A stretch of DNA of 62,253 nucleotides, filler included, from Asterionella formosa (Eukaryota): NCBI GenBank assembly GCA_002256025.1. It is 16 parts of 16 records of this genome, joined end to end, with 100 filler letters (N's around TTAATTAATTAA, not from the genome) between each part and the next. Parts side by side here need not be neighbours in the genome. Positions count along the whole stretch, not along the records: positions 1 to 31,244 come from NKIB01000733.1; positions 31,345 to 33,315 come from NKIB01000738.1; positions 33,416 to 35,386 come from NKIB01000739.1; positions 35,487 to 37,456 come from NKIB01000740.1; 12 more parts are not named here. One strand, given 5' to 3'. Below the pieces are notes generated by a model that ran no database searches, was not told where the DNA came from, and was given only the letters and a program-made list of their open reading frames with translations. Each line of letters starts with the position of its first letter. Position 1 is the stretch's first letter. The translations under genes and the position numbers were made by a program. Positions 24,205-37,556 of this stretch are shown one piece after another.

Positions 24205-26466
24205 CTTTTCAGAAGCAATGTTGATGGTGAAATTATGATTAAAGATTCTGTTGCTTACGCCACAAGATGCAGTTGTAACGGCAAGATTGTCGTCTTCGTC
24301 AATTTTTCTTACTGTGTTCCCGTTTACGAGAAAGTGAGACCAAGATGCAGGATCCATAATTTTTCGTGATGCGTTATGAAAGAATTGTAACACGATAACA
24401 AGTACCGTAGTTCGTAGGAAAGATTTGCCACGATGATAATGGATTGTAGATGATGACAAATGACAACGAAATACAGTTCACCGTGATGTCGACAAAGCGA
24501 ACAAACAAGCAGCAACGATCGGGGCCACGTAGAAGTGCACAAAAAAATTGTACCAAAAATTCAAATCAGTTTGATTTTAAAAAATGTTAGAATCGAAAAA
24601 TGCCACGAGAAAGGGTCAAAACAAAAACAACAAACATAATCAAAGATTGAACCGAAAAATGTATTCGGAACGCACAAGAGAAAAAACATATGGAAACAGA
24701 ATGAGAAAATTTAGTGTTAGTAAAATCGTTCGAGAAAAGCGAATCAACATCGTTGAAAGTATTGCCAGCAATCGAGCCAAGAAAGTATTTATATTGGGGC
24801 CCAAAGCAGCTATCACAATCAACTCAGATTCTACACATGTGTGCACAATTAAGGTAGGGTCGAACATCGCCTAGAAAGAAGACTTGGCCTCACTTAAGCG
24901 TTTAACTCAGGTGGGGTTGTCTAGTCGGCATACACATTCCAAGGCATCCGCACAGGGTAGTGTTCCAATCTGGACATTTCTCTAAATGCTCCGTTTAAGC
25001 ATTTCTTTTCCTCGTTCGCTTCGTAAACATTCATCGACACTTACACTTTGGGGTTTGTGTTGTAATCGTTACAAGAAGCTTCCTCGACTTTACAATAAAA
25101 ACATGACACGAAGGAAATCAATGATTGGATGTTGCGAGCTTCGACTCCATACACAATCCTGATCACCGTTGCGCCTGTCCATTGTATGCGACAGCCCGAC
25201 AAAGAGAAGCCATAGTAACTTATGCATCCCGCTAGATGTTTCGATACTCGTTATTCATTTAAAGCGCCAAATTTTCGACACTTGATATTGTATTCATGGA
25301 TATTCAAACGAACGGAAACTTGTTGGACTTTAAACCTATATACTGTCTCGACATAATTAAAATTTAACGTCTGGTTCGCGCCGGATCGGATGTGGACGAA
25401 ATATCATCCTTGTGAAAACTTGAATTTTGTATCGTAGGCGGGCCTGTGAAATTTGATTAGATCGGACCAAATAAATTTATTTTGAAAGGGCGAACTTTAA
25501 AGGGCAATTCCCACAGAGCATGTCCTTCACGCAAACGAATATCGATATTGCCATTACCAGTAAATGATTCGTGTCCAAATTCGTGCTGTACACGTCACCA
25601 ATTGGAGCGACGATTTGATTCGAGCACCCAGTACCTACTCTATGTTCTGGTATTACTCGAATCATGTGCGGATGTAGATATCAAGAATGAAATAGAATGT
25701 AGGAGTACTGGTACATGCATACTAATTCTATTACCGGTAAATACATCCAGTACTGTACCAGGTCCTAACCTTCCAGTTTTACTAGCCCCCCATACACTAT
25801 AATAGTACAGTATTGCAATCCTGTCGTTATAGGTGGTGGTACCTGGTACCAGGTACCAGTTACCAGCGTACCGTAGATGTCACTACTTCTATCATGTCCA
25901 AGATGCCCGTGACCGATAATACAGATTGCACACCTGATGCATGGTACTCATGGCAATGGTAATGTAAAAACAGTACCAATCCCAGCTGCTGTTATCAGTA
26001 CCAAGTACCACTATGAATGCTGCACACGCAATCGAACCTTCACACGACCACTTCTTGTGATAAGCAATGGTTGCTTGGTAACACGACCCATCAGGCAAGT
26101 CAGTCGTACGAGCATTTGGTCGTGCTGAGAAGCTCTGGTAACGATGGGTCGTGCACTTTATGGCGCAAAATATCTACTTGCAACAATATTTACCGGTAGT
26201 TGTGTACACTCCTTACCTGGTTACCAGCAAGTTGCGATCATTTTGCTTAAATAAACAATTTAATACATTTAGCCGCTTCACAATTACCGCAACCTGCAGG
26301 TTGACGGAAACTGTTTACGGACCCGCGTTCAAACTTTGAGTGACCTTTTTTGAATTCATAGTTACCCATCTGGTCCTCGGTTTAGAAACTACCGGTATGG
26401 ATGTGTATATACCGTAGACTAACGGTACCTGGTACGTACTATAAGTAATGGTGCCACCGTTATTAA

Positions 26467-27588
26467 GGTATTTGAAAACCTAGGCAAAAATTAAAAAATT
26501 GCTTAGGGTTGCCAAAATTCCCTGGAAATAAGAATTTAATTAGCTTATTTTTTAAAGACGTGATTCCATTTGATATATTTAAATCAGTGGAAATTTGCGA
26601 ATACGTACATAGATTCCTTGTCGAAATCGCTAAATATATACCGGTATAGAAACACTCTCTCTCGCTGCATGTATATATATACCCTAAAATGCGATCAACA
26701 TAGATTCATGGACACTCTATACTCCGATTAACGTTCTTACACCGGTATGCTCTATTCATTGAATCCGTTCGTCATTTGCAAATCACGTAGTATATATATG
26801 TATTTAGATTCTAAATCGCTTGATGTGCACATACTCGTACTACAATCTATGCTCCGATCGACGACTTTGTGTCATGTATACGACTGGGCGGCTTGGCAAA
26901 TATTTGAATGTGCACTCAAGGAGCGGTACGCGTATGTACAATGATGATCATCTACTGGTACCCGTCCTGAATTTAAAACCGGACTGTCAGTACAACCAAG
27001 AAAATGTTACATGTTCATCAAATGTGGCCGGCGTGGGTTTGCAAAACCTCGCAAACCAAGCCAATCAAACAGAGGAATGTAATTCACGTTCACCAATCAT
27101 ATTATATATGTGGAAGCGGGCACTTACAATGGAATTTTTTGGACAGGAGATTTTGGGACCAAAAATTCCGGCACACGACTACCATTCCGATGATGACGTT
27201 TCGGCACTTAATAACTCTGATTCCAATATTTTGGCGACCGTAGAAAAGGCCGATTTTGTCGAGTTTTTGGACGACGATAGCTAAACGTTGGCTGGGTCTG
27301 ACGGCGATTTAGATACGTCGGTAACTTTCAAATACCGGTAGCATCAGTATGGAACTTCTGGCGAGAACCTGCAGAAAGGATCCTATATCCTGACGAAACA
27401 TGAAGTGGACCTACACCCTACTTTGTCCGAAGACTGTTTTTAAGCATATTGAAAGGGTGTCTATTGGTGAAAGCGCTGTTGAGCGTTATACATATTTAAT
27501 TTGTATGCGGAAAGTATGTGTTTGATAAGTCTGACTCAATATTATTTTATTAACCCTACCTCGAGCTAGGGGTTCAAATGCAGCAACC
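26467..27588 (+). mobile_element. Non-autonomous TIR element family A flanked by TTAA (Kolobok-like)
   Basis: Left end TTAA(26463-26466)-GGTATTTGAAAACCTAGG (decayed); right end CTAGGGGTTCAAATGCAGCAACC-TTAA(27589-27592). Homologous to 1300-2273. Confidence 0.65.
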
Positions 27589-27592
27589 TTAA

Positions 27593-28100
27593 GGTTGCGG
27601 CCATCGGCTTAACGCTAGGGTTGTAAAAACGGCATGGAACAGGGAGTTTGCTGCTATGAGTTCCCATGATTCGAGTGTCCCTTTAAATATTTGAATTAAA
27701 TAGGAGTCAGCGCCAGATAGATGAAGCTCCATTAAGAGATAGCTGTGTACACTATTACATCAGGAGTTAACTTCTAGAGAGAAGTGGCAGTTATGTATCG
27801 TAGATTTTTTGAAAAGCTTTGTAGCCCCTTTTTTGACTATTTTTGTGGTAGTTACAAATCCATGATACATAACTGCCGCTTCTCTCCAGAAATGGGGTCC
27901 TTACCATATCTGTATATAGATCATACCCCTAAGTCGAGCAATGACAGTATCGAAGCATTTGCAAAGTGGTCATAATGGTGAAAGCTCATTTTACCTTTAA
28001 CTATTATAATTAGTTGCACGTGATGTGTGGATTGAGGTACATCATAAAAATATTTTAGGAAAAAACGGACCTCGCAATTTGTAACTGCGGGGCCGCAACC
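27593..28100 (+). mobile_element. Non-autonomous TIR element family B flanked by TTAA (Kolobok-like MITE), 508 bp
   Basis: TTAA-GGTTGCGGCC...GGCCGCAACC-TTAA (27589-27602 and 28091-28104). A second left end lies at 15560. Confidence 0.78.
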
Positions 28101-28489
28101 TTAAGCTATGTAATCCTGCATATATCTTACGATTTCCTCCACTCCTACATAGTACCTGGTACCTGGTACGAGGTACCAGGTAACAGGGTACGTGTATGGG
28201 GGGAATAGACCATTGTATATATTAGAGTACTTAATGTGAAGTCACCATGAGTACATATACTTTTGCACTATATTACAGTAAATAGAGGACCAAGTCTATT
28301 ACTGGTAGGTATGTCTATGTGTAATATACATATAACGGAAATGATGTGAAAACAATCAATGTGTAGCTACATATATTGAAAAAAAGTGAAAAAATAATGT
28401 AACTACAGTAGTATGAAATCATGCATCTGTGTGATAATAATCTGAATAAATTCTAGCTGTGTATGACCACCAGGGTGATGATCAGCAGA

Positions 28490-28770
28490 TATCAATTGAT
28501 TGGCAATCTAATCTGTGGCACTGTTCTATCTGGAATATATACCTCATACATTTTGTCAATTTTCAATGTGGCAGTGAAAAGAATGCAGCTCAAAGTAGGG
28601 TAGTCATCATTTCGCACACAACGCTTTGCCAAGCAACAATGCTCCACCTTTCTTACTCTATCCTGCACAACCCATGTAACATTTTTAGCCACCTTACAAA
28701 CCTAGTTCCAACTTTGCATTCCTACCAAAGAACAAATAGTTCTTGGTGTAAGAGAAAGATTATAATACTG
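28490..28770 (-). pseudogene. Degenerate GCR1_C-like domain, as found in Crypton-type elements
   Basis: Broken frames read ELFVLW*E..VG...KVAKNVT...RKV...IDKMYEVY, resembling the LW.EY..G.GG.KAAK.FT...IDKIYEVY pattern. Recognised by eye only. Confidence 0.4.
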
Positions 28771-29269
28771 ACAGAATTGCTTTCTCGTCCCTCCTACCTC
28801 TTTGATGCACATCCTGCATCATTTCTTTTGGTTCATCAACTTGTTAATTCTTGAAAACTTCTTTCTGGACTCTCAATCATCATTCTGAACACTTGTCACT
28901 CCTGCTACCACCAATAATACTAGTAGTCAGAAGTCAAAGCTCCTCCAAGATGAGATTCGACTGGTTGATGTCATCCACCATACTTTCAAAACTAGGCGAC
29001 ATTGCATCTCGATCTGCTGGGAGTACAACCCAGCCAAGTGTATAGTTCCAAAAACAAACTGGCAGCTCAGACTTCCATCCTTCACCTGCTGTTGGTGTCC
29101 CATCATCACTCACACCTTCCTCTCCTTACCTGCAGGTAAGAAGTAGTCTACCGCTGCTGCATACCAAGTACCAGGTATCTGGTACCAATGGTACATGAGT
29201 GAGGATGCAGTTGAATTTTTGTGTACGACCGGTACCAGGTGGTACCTGCTACGAGTACACTCTAACGTC

Positions 29270-30260
29270 TGCAAAAAATAACTATCATATTTCCATGAGC
29301 GATGCATCATAGCATTGTGATCATCTGATCATAATTTTTCGTTATATCATCTAATAATTTTGATAAATACCCTCATAATTTAAATAGTGACCCTTTTGAC
29401 AATGGAAATTTAATTATTACATGTATTGTTTCTATTAGATTCCTGTATTCGAATTTCTTGGAAGGATAATGTACCAGCTAAAGTTATGTAATTTGGCTTG
29501 TCATTTCCATCCGTCATCACTCCGATTTTTGCAACAACAACGAAATACTAGCAATGACTAGTAGAATGATTGTTTGCGATAACGTCTTCAATTGTTGGTC
29601 AAGTGATCATAATATCTTTGAGTAATCATCATGTGCAGTAAACCTATCTTCATAATCATTCAATTGAGAGTTTACAGAAAAGAAATCACTCGAACTCGGA
29701 ATGTTTCCGCACACAGCGCAAATAGAAAAAATCCGTTTCGTCGACCACCATCATCACAATCTCGCAAATCAACTTGTAAACAAACACATTCTACTGGTTC
29801 TTGTTGACAATTTCAATTCTCACATGATAATACATCTACTATTGAGATTCAGCATAGAAGGAGATACGAGAATGTAACAGACTGCTATCCACATAGTTAT
29901 AGTTATAGAATGATTCTGATTACAATTTCAGAATCACATCGCTCTTTTCCACATTTCGCATGCTGCACTTGTATTTTATATTGAATTTGTCAGCATCTTT
30001 GATACCATCAAGAGAGCGAAAGCAAGTGGCTCACTTCATTTTGGTTTGCTCATGGAAAACCCGTGTCTGCAAATAAAAAACATCATATTTCCATGATGCA
30101 TCATAGGGTTATGATCATCTGATCATAATTATTTCGTTATATCATCTAATAATTTTGATAAATGCCCTCGTAATTTAAATAGTAACCCTTTTGACTATGG
30201 AAGTATAATTATTATATGTATTGTTTCTTTTTGGTTCCTTTATTTAAATTTCTTGTTAGA
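29270..30260 (+). repeat. Dispersed repeat with a local ~190-bp direct duplication (29280-29470 vs 30075-30260); core 29640-30060 homologous to 47925-48400
   Basis: Shared strings TCATATTTCCATGA..GATGCATCATAG..TGATCATCTGATCATAATT (twice locally) and CATAATCATTCAATT.AGAGTTTACAG...ACATCTACTATTGAGATTCAGCATAGAAGGAGATACGA (two loci). Confidence 0.8.
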
Positions 30261-30279
30261 ATAATGCACCAGATAGAAT

Positions 30280-32345
30280 AATGTGGTTTGGCTCATCATC
30301 CTCGCCAGTCCTCACTCTGATTCTTGCAACAACGACAAACCAGCCATGTCGAGAGGAACAAATGTTTGTGATAAAATCTTCATTTGTCTCGTTCAAGTCA
30401 TCATATGTCTTTGATGAATCATCATCTACATTGTACAGTATGATCGTACTATGCAATCCGTTAAGAGCTTGAAAAGAAATCCAATGAAAACGAAATGGCT
30501 CATCACACAAGACGAATAATTCCGGCCAGTCTGTCACCAGAGCATCAATCAGTGTTACAACCTCAATCACAGCTAGTAAACAACATCCATTATAGAACAG
30601 CACAATCTACTTCTCCATAACATCGTCTCTCTAACAAGAACGCAATACATCTAGAATTGAAATGCAGCGTAGCAGGCGATATGCACAAAGAAGCATAGGA
30701 CTGTCTATTTATTGTAACACGTGATTCTGGTTTCGTATTTTTCATGTCTCATTAGATTTCCTTTGTCATCGTTCTAGTTCCTTACCTTTGAAGACAGGAG
30801 CGTATTCTTTGATGTATCTGGAATGTTTCAATTGATGGCAGCAGTTGGTATTAGACACAAACCTTGACAAAATCACTAGTAGCTTGTAGATGTTCATGAA
30901 AAGCAAAACACTTTGCTTGGCCTGTCGCCCACCAGCCAGTCTATACTGCAAAAATGCAAGAATCAAGCACAAGTTGAATGCCCAATGTAAAATATTAGAA
31001 ACCGGAAGTCACATTTCATTTAGTAATTACGGTTTTCAGTTTACTAGTATTGATTGAGAGGAAGCAATGGTAGAATGGCTGCCAAACGGGCGGGGGAAAA
31101 CACAGAGAATCCTACTGAGTTTTCTCGCCAATGATCCCAGACCCTTCTTGAATGTCACTTGCTACAGAAAATGTAGAACAGCCGCCATGATCTGTTGATT
31201 GTTGCTTTATGGTGCCAATGACCAAAACCACCGGAAATCTCAATNNNNNNNNNNNNNNNNNNNNNNNNNNNNNNNNNNNNNNNNNNNNTTAATTAATTAA
31301 NNNNNNNNNNNNNNNNNNNNNNNNNNNNNNNNNNNNNNNNNNNNTTTACAAGTATTGATTGAGAGGAAGCAATGGTAGAATGAAAAACGGGCGGGGGCAA
31401 ACAACACAGAGGAGCATAATTTTTCTCCCAAATGATCCCACATCCAGACCCACTTGGATGTCACTTGGTGCTACAGAAAATGGAGAACAGCCGCCATGAT
31501 CTGTTGATTGTTGCTGTATGGTGCCACTGACCAAAACCTCCAGAAATCTCAATGAGGTGCTTGTTTCTTGACTTGAATGCCCAAGGGATCAAAACCACCA
31601 GTGGAAAAAGCAAAAGGGAACCATAAATTCTCTGCAAACATCAGGACAATTGTGAAAGAGAAAAGAAGGACGGCTGGGAGGGGAAGTAAAGGGATTTTTG
31701 ACCCAAACAATGTTGACAAATAGGAACCTACTGGAAAGGAAGCAATGCTTTCAGCATCATCAATCTATGTACAAGCCTGCGCCACCTGACGTAAATTTAG
31801 CTTCCTCAACTTCATCAATGAAGAAAGTATGATGAGCGGAGCATGTGAGAGAAATCGGGGTTTAGGTTTTCTTGACGCCAACGTGTTTGGCTGAACTTGC
31901 AAGGTGAAGGCATTGAGTAACCTGGGTCTGTGCAGCCAAAGGATAAAGAAAGATCTATGACAAGGGTGGTGAGATACTGTTTAGGAGCAAAAGGTTTCAT
32001 AGCTGAACGCATTCGAAAATTCGTATAGACAATAAATGGAGGCATACCATGGCTGCTCTTGGCTGACAGTTGCCAACAAGTCAATGTACAAACACAACAA
32101 GAAAGGTGCACAAAAGACAGTCCCATTTTAATCGACTGGCTGATACATAGTTTTGAGACTTACCATTCTGCACTGGGGTGGACTTTGATCATTGCTTGCT
32201 TCATTTGAAGCACAATAAATTCGAGAACTGTCCAGTATAACAATGAAAACAATTGTGGCGAAAAAGTTCAAAACAGATCAAGAGATTTCATAGGAGGAAT
32301 TAAAATAACAGCGCCTACATGATGCACTGCTGCTTGTGTATCGTC
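30280..32345. repeat. Copies of a ~1.84-kb repeat family on two contigs (30280-31244 and 31345-32345), inverted relative to 54098-56062
   Basis: Long reverse-complement matches: 30280-30770 vs 54100-54590, 30770-31244 vs 55430-55938, and 31345-32345 vs 54605-55625. Confidence 0.85.
31245..31344. other. Artificial contig linker (N-run + TTAATTAATTAA + N-run, 100 nt), repeated 15 times up to 60191-60290
   Basis: Same linker at ~2.07-kb intervals (31245, 33316, 35387, 37457, 39527, 41596, 43664, 45732, 47799, 49866, 51932, 53998, 56063, 58127, 60191). It places stops in all six frames. Confidence 0.98.
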
Positions 32346-32499
32346 TGCAAAAAGAAAATATCATCCACATAGGATCAAGGGTATCATACGCTAAGTGGCA
32401 CAGGCTTTTTACATATATGATAGTTTTTGGATCAAAAATATGATCAATGTATCATATAATTATGATCATGCAGTAAAATTATACCAAGCTTGAAGTATG

Positions 32500-33236
32500 A
32501 TGATACTACTATCATAGTTATAATACCATTGTATCATATAATTAGTTAAACATGGGCCTATTATGTGTATACTTTTGTCATGCATCTATCATAGCATAAT
32601 CGTAATTCTCATCGATATCACTGTCTAAAATAGGATGAAATGGATCGAAATTTAGAACTATATTTAGCTAGCTAAGAATGGTTCTATGTTTCTATATACT
32701 GAGTGGCTACAGAATGTTCTACAATGCTCTCATCGCAATGATTGGTGCCGCTTTCACTTCCACCTTCCCCCCCATCCAATTCTGAATGATGTTGTAGTAG
32801 TAGTACTGGTTGCCTTATTTACGTTAAGGTGGTCATTCCATGTAATATATGGCGTATATGTAGATATAGAATACTGGCAGCCTATTTTGAATTGCCCTCC
32901 ATCATGAAGTCATCTTGCCTATGATACTACTATCATAGTTATAATACCATTGTATCATATAATTAGTTAAACATGGGCCTATTATGTGTATACTTTTGTC
33001 ATGCATCTATCATAGCATAATCGTAATTCTCATCGATATCACTGTCTAAAATAGGATGAAATGGATCGAAATTTAGAACTATATTTAGCTAGCTAAGAAT
33101 GGTTCTATGTTTCTATATACTGAGTGGCTACAGAATGTTCTACAATGCTCTCATCGCAATGATTGGTGCCGCTTTCACTTCCACCTTCCCCCCCATCCAA
33201 TTCTGAATGATGTTGTAGTAGACTAGTACTGGTTGC
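32500..33236 (+). repeat. Near-identical direct duplication of ~315 bp (32500-32813 and 32921-33236; offset 421)
   Basis: ATGATACTACTATCATAGTTATAATACC...TAGTACTGGTTGC is repeated almost exactly. Confidence 0.92.
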
Positions 33237-33417
33237 ATTCTTACCTTGTTCCTCTGCTTTCCTTTTACTCCTCACGGATCTGAGTTTACATTCACGCATT
33301 TTCCCATTACTATTTNNNNNNNNNNNNNNNNNNNNNNNNNNNNNNNNNNNNNNNNNNNNTTAATTAATTAANNNNNNNNNNNNNNNNNNNNNNNNNNNNN
33401 NNNNNNNNNNNNNNNAG

Positions 33418-35386
33418 GCCCAATATTGGGAGAAATTTGACCCGCAACCACAGGCAAATGAGGGGATCCGTTCGCTGGACGAACCCTTCACAACCTCCGA
33501 TATTTGGACTGCCCTAAGGAAGATGAAGAGCCATCGTGCTCCGGGCGGTGACGGGATACCCACTGAACTGCTACAGGCATGTTTGGCGGAGGAACGGGCC
33601 CTACTTTCCCACCTTCAAAACTATCGGGAAGAGGAGCCCACCCCGCCACCATCCACTCCAATGACGGACTCACTAGGAACCCTACTCAACTTTGCGTATG
33701 AGAGGGGACTGGTGGCCCAGTCATGGGCTGAGTCACTGGTCGTCTCAATACCTAAGAAAGGGGACTTGGCTGATATGAACAACTATCGGGGGATTTCGCT
33801 CATGGCCACTGTCCTCAAGGTGGTGTGTGTGATCCTTGGTACCAGGATAAATGTGGAAGCGGAATCTCGAGGGCTGTTTAGCCGAGCCCAGGCTGGCTTT
33901 CGCCAGAGAGAGGAATGTGTAACCCAGGTGGCCTGTGTCATGGAAATCATACAACGCCGGAGGATAGTGGGAGAGCCGACCTACGTGGTATTCGTAGACC
34001 TCAAGAAGGCATATGATACGGTGCCCCACGAGGCGCTCTTTGCGAAACTATCCCGGTTTGGGATTAGGGGACGTTGCCTTGCTTTTCTACGTGCCCTTTA
34101 TCGCAGCAGTACAATCAGGGTACGAGTGGGGGGTGGCTTGACTGCCCTTTACTCGGACCCCTGCAGACTGTTGCGAGGTGTGCGGCAGGGTTGCCCTCTT
34201 TCGCCTATACTGTTCAACATCTTCATTGATGACTTGGCAGTGGGGACGGAGGAGAGCGGTGCCCTGGTACCAACTGGGGACAGTCGCACATGGCGGAACT
34301 CCACACCCACACTGACAGTGGGATGTACCCTCTTTGCTGATGATGCGGCCGGAATCTGCCCCTCCCTGGAGGCGGCCAAACGGTTCTGTACGCACGTTAC
34401 CAACTGGGTTACAGCTAACGAGATGAGTGTGGGCATAGGGAAGTGCGGGCTGATGGAATTCCTACCGCCAGACCCAGGTTCGGCCACCGAACCGCTTGTC
34501 CCTGGACAAGATGTGGCTGGACTGGAACTGGAGGGACTTCCACTCCCTGTTGTGGACAGATATATGTATCTGGGTGTCCTCATGACACCAGGTCTGTCTA
34601 TCTCGTCTATGGTGGACCATAGAGTCAAGCAAGGGCGGGCCACAGTTGCCACCTTGGTACCGTTTCTACGGTGCCCGGTGGTACCAATGGCCATGCGTTT
34701 GCTGACTGTTGCAGGAGTAGTTGCCCCCCGCCTCCTTTTTGGGGCTGAGCTGTATGGTATGAACCGTCACCTTACGGACAAAATGCAGGTTCTTCTGAAC
34801 CGATGCCTTAGGGCTAGCATTGGAGCCAGGAGGGCAGGGGGTGTGCCATCAGTAGGCCTTTGGAAGGAGGCACGGATGTTGCCAATGTGTGCCTTGGCGG
34901 GTGCCCGACGGGCCAGAGCTTATGCCAAGGCCTCGGGTCTCAAAACCTGGCTTCAGGAATTGGTCCTAAGACCATTCCGAAGTCAGAAATGGACATGGTG
35001 CTCAGGGGGTCCGCGCTGGCTGAAACGCTATGCGCTCCCCCATGCACCGGTGTCTATTGTGGAGAGGTACTTGGGTGCTGGATGGCAGAGCCTGGAACCA
35101 AAGGTACTGGCTGAGGTAGTGAAAGCATGCATCTTGGAGAGAGAGTGTGGGATCCGACGGAACTTGACTCGTCCGTCGGGGGCCCGCACAGTGTGGTATG
35201 AGGGAGCCGGATTTGACAAGCATCCACTCACACGGTCACGTGTGGGGGGCAGTCCCAACGACCAAGCAGGACTGGCTTTGATAGTTCGGTGTCGGATTGG
35301 GGCATTTGTAACTGTCCCCACCTTGGTGGGGTGGAAGCGAATGCCTCATAGGTATTTGAGGAAGTGTCCATTTTGTGGTATGGATG
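33418..35386 (+). mobile_element. Non-LTR retrotransposon (LINE) ORF2: reverse transcriptase plus start of C-terminal zinc knuckle; open across the whole contig
   Basis: APGGDG, IPKKGD...NYRGISL, QAGFR, FVDLKKAYDTV, GVRQGCPLSPILFNIFID, LFADD, YMYLG and CPFCG motifs. Confidence 0.95.
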
Positions 35387-35894
35387 NNNNNNNNNNNNNN
35401 NNNNNNNNNNNNNNNNNNNNNNNNNNNNNNTTAATTAATTAANNNNNNNNNNNNNNNNNNNNNNNNNNNNNNNNNNNNNNNNNNNNTCATCCATGTCCCT
35501 GCCGATGGCGAGAATCCTTTACGTTCTCCATCTACAACCACATCCTCCTCTGAAACCTCGTCTTCTGCTGTGTCCTCAACTAGTTGTGAAACCTCTACTG
35601 GTGGTGAAAAATCGGATTCCAAGTTAGATGAGGAGGACAAATCCAAAGTGATTGATTCAGACTATAAATCTGCATTGTGAGTAAATGAGTGAATGTTTAG
35701 CATCTCCTACTACCTTACTAATGAATCAAGGAGATTAATGATTTCTATAAAAATTGATAATTATATGTTACCTTACTTCCCTTGTTTGTTGGTTTTGTAG
35801 TAATATTAATCGTTTCCACATCATCAACTACAAATTTTTTCTTAACATTTCTTTCATATATTGCTTTATGCAATCAATTGCATCATCCAGCAAA

Positions 35895-37456
35895 TCAAAA
35901 ATGGAATAGGGATGCCCAGGCAGACTGCTGCTTGATTTGAATCACCTTACCTGGAGAGGCTCCTAAATTAGGAACAACAACAGCAGGAGAATGAATGCAA
36001 TCCACGGGAACAAACAAAAGTCCTTTGTTTCCATGTCGATCCAATGCGAGATCAGCCCCTAACAGCAACCTTGAGTAGTTGTGCAAAGGTTCTGAGGCAT
36101 ATTTACAAGAGTGAATAATTGCAAAGACACCGGGGCTTTGATTTCTCAAGGATGATGGTAATCTTGGATCAGTGAAATTGATCGAAGACGGACCCAATCC
36201 CAATTCAATGAAACCGTAGATCTGGCCAAGCACAATTGACTCAACTCCTGTTTCTCCATTTAACCAAGCAAACTCTGCCCAATCATACCAGGAATGACCA
36301 CCACGGTAGCTTGGATGGGCATGAAATATTACGTTGTCACTACGAGTGTGGTCGCACATCACTTCAATTTCCATGGATAAAATGAAAGGAAGGAATTGGT
36401 CGCCTAGAACTCGCACCAGATCTCGGTCAACCCCAGTTTTGTAGATGCTACTTGATGATGATGAAACCCTGGCAATCTCAAATTCACCATTTCCATCTTC
36501 TTCAATCAGGAGAGAATATCGAGTACCTCCTGTTTTGGATTTCACAATTCCAACGTCAACTGGGACAGCTTCCAATTTGTATTGTAAATCTCCAATATCT
36601 TCGCCAAGAAATTGACTACAAGTGGTTCCGATCACCATGTTCTCCACCATTCTCGCCCCACTTTGAATATCCATCACATCTTTACGTTTCTGGGAAGTCC
36701 TGGCTGGTAATTTACACAAGATTCTTTTTCATTGGGCCTCCATTAAAAACCTGTGGACTTCCGAAACGATGAATGTTTCTTACAGTATGCATCTGTTGAT
36801 GAAACTTCGCCAGCTTCCATCCCTGAGAGGTTGTTGTTCTCGGGCATTCTTTTACCAGCTTAGTAAAATAGTTGACAACGCTTTGGTTTTCCTGTGGTAA
36901 ATTTTTCACATCAAAACTCTCTTTACTAAACCAGGCATTGTAGCAGAGCATCCCTTCGAATAGACCTTGAAAGTTTCGAATTTCTTGATTGGTCATACCA
37001 CTTTCTTCTCGGCAGATTTTGATTCCAGCATCACATGCCATGACGACACAGGCAATAATCATCACTCCGATTCTTTCGTTAGCAGCTATTTTCGTTTTGC
37101 AACCATGAAAGCCGAAATTGAAGGAACAACAAGGAAGGTCTCGGTCACTCTGGTGAAGGAAGAGTTCAGATATTTTGTTGAACAACTGGTCAAACAGTTT
37201 TCGATTGGAATTACCCTTCTCTGTTTTGGGGCGCCCGATCATATAAGAATATAGCTCCATGAGGTGATCCATTATTCCTTCTTGAATGGAATGGAGTTTT
37301 TCAGGAGGAACGTGCCCATTAACACCAAGAGGATCGCCACCAAAACACAACTGATACCAAAAGGGATAGATGAATCTTTGGCTCACATTATCCAATAAAT
37401 CTTTTATGCCCCGGATTAATAGTTCCTCGTAATCAATCTGACCTACAGGACTGCAT
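35895..37456 (-). pseudogene. Plavaka-like transposase, C-terminal half, one frameshift at ~36715
   Basis: PPEKLHSIQEG, HQSDRDLP, GWKLAKFHQQMH..NIHRFGSPQVFNGGPM, KLPARTSQKR and FHAHPSYRGGHSWYDW motifs. Confidence 0.72.
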
Positions 37457-37556
37457 NNNNNNNNNNNNNNNNNNNNNNNNNNNNNNNNNNNNNNNNNNNN
37501 TTAATTAATTAANNNNNNNNNNNNNNNNNNNNNNNNNNNNNNNNNNNNNNNNNNNN

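Noticed and set aside
26820..27284. 154-aa ORF inside family-A element as a transposase
   Set aside because: No catalytic motifs are recognisable, and the paralog is disrupted.
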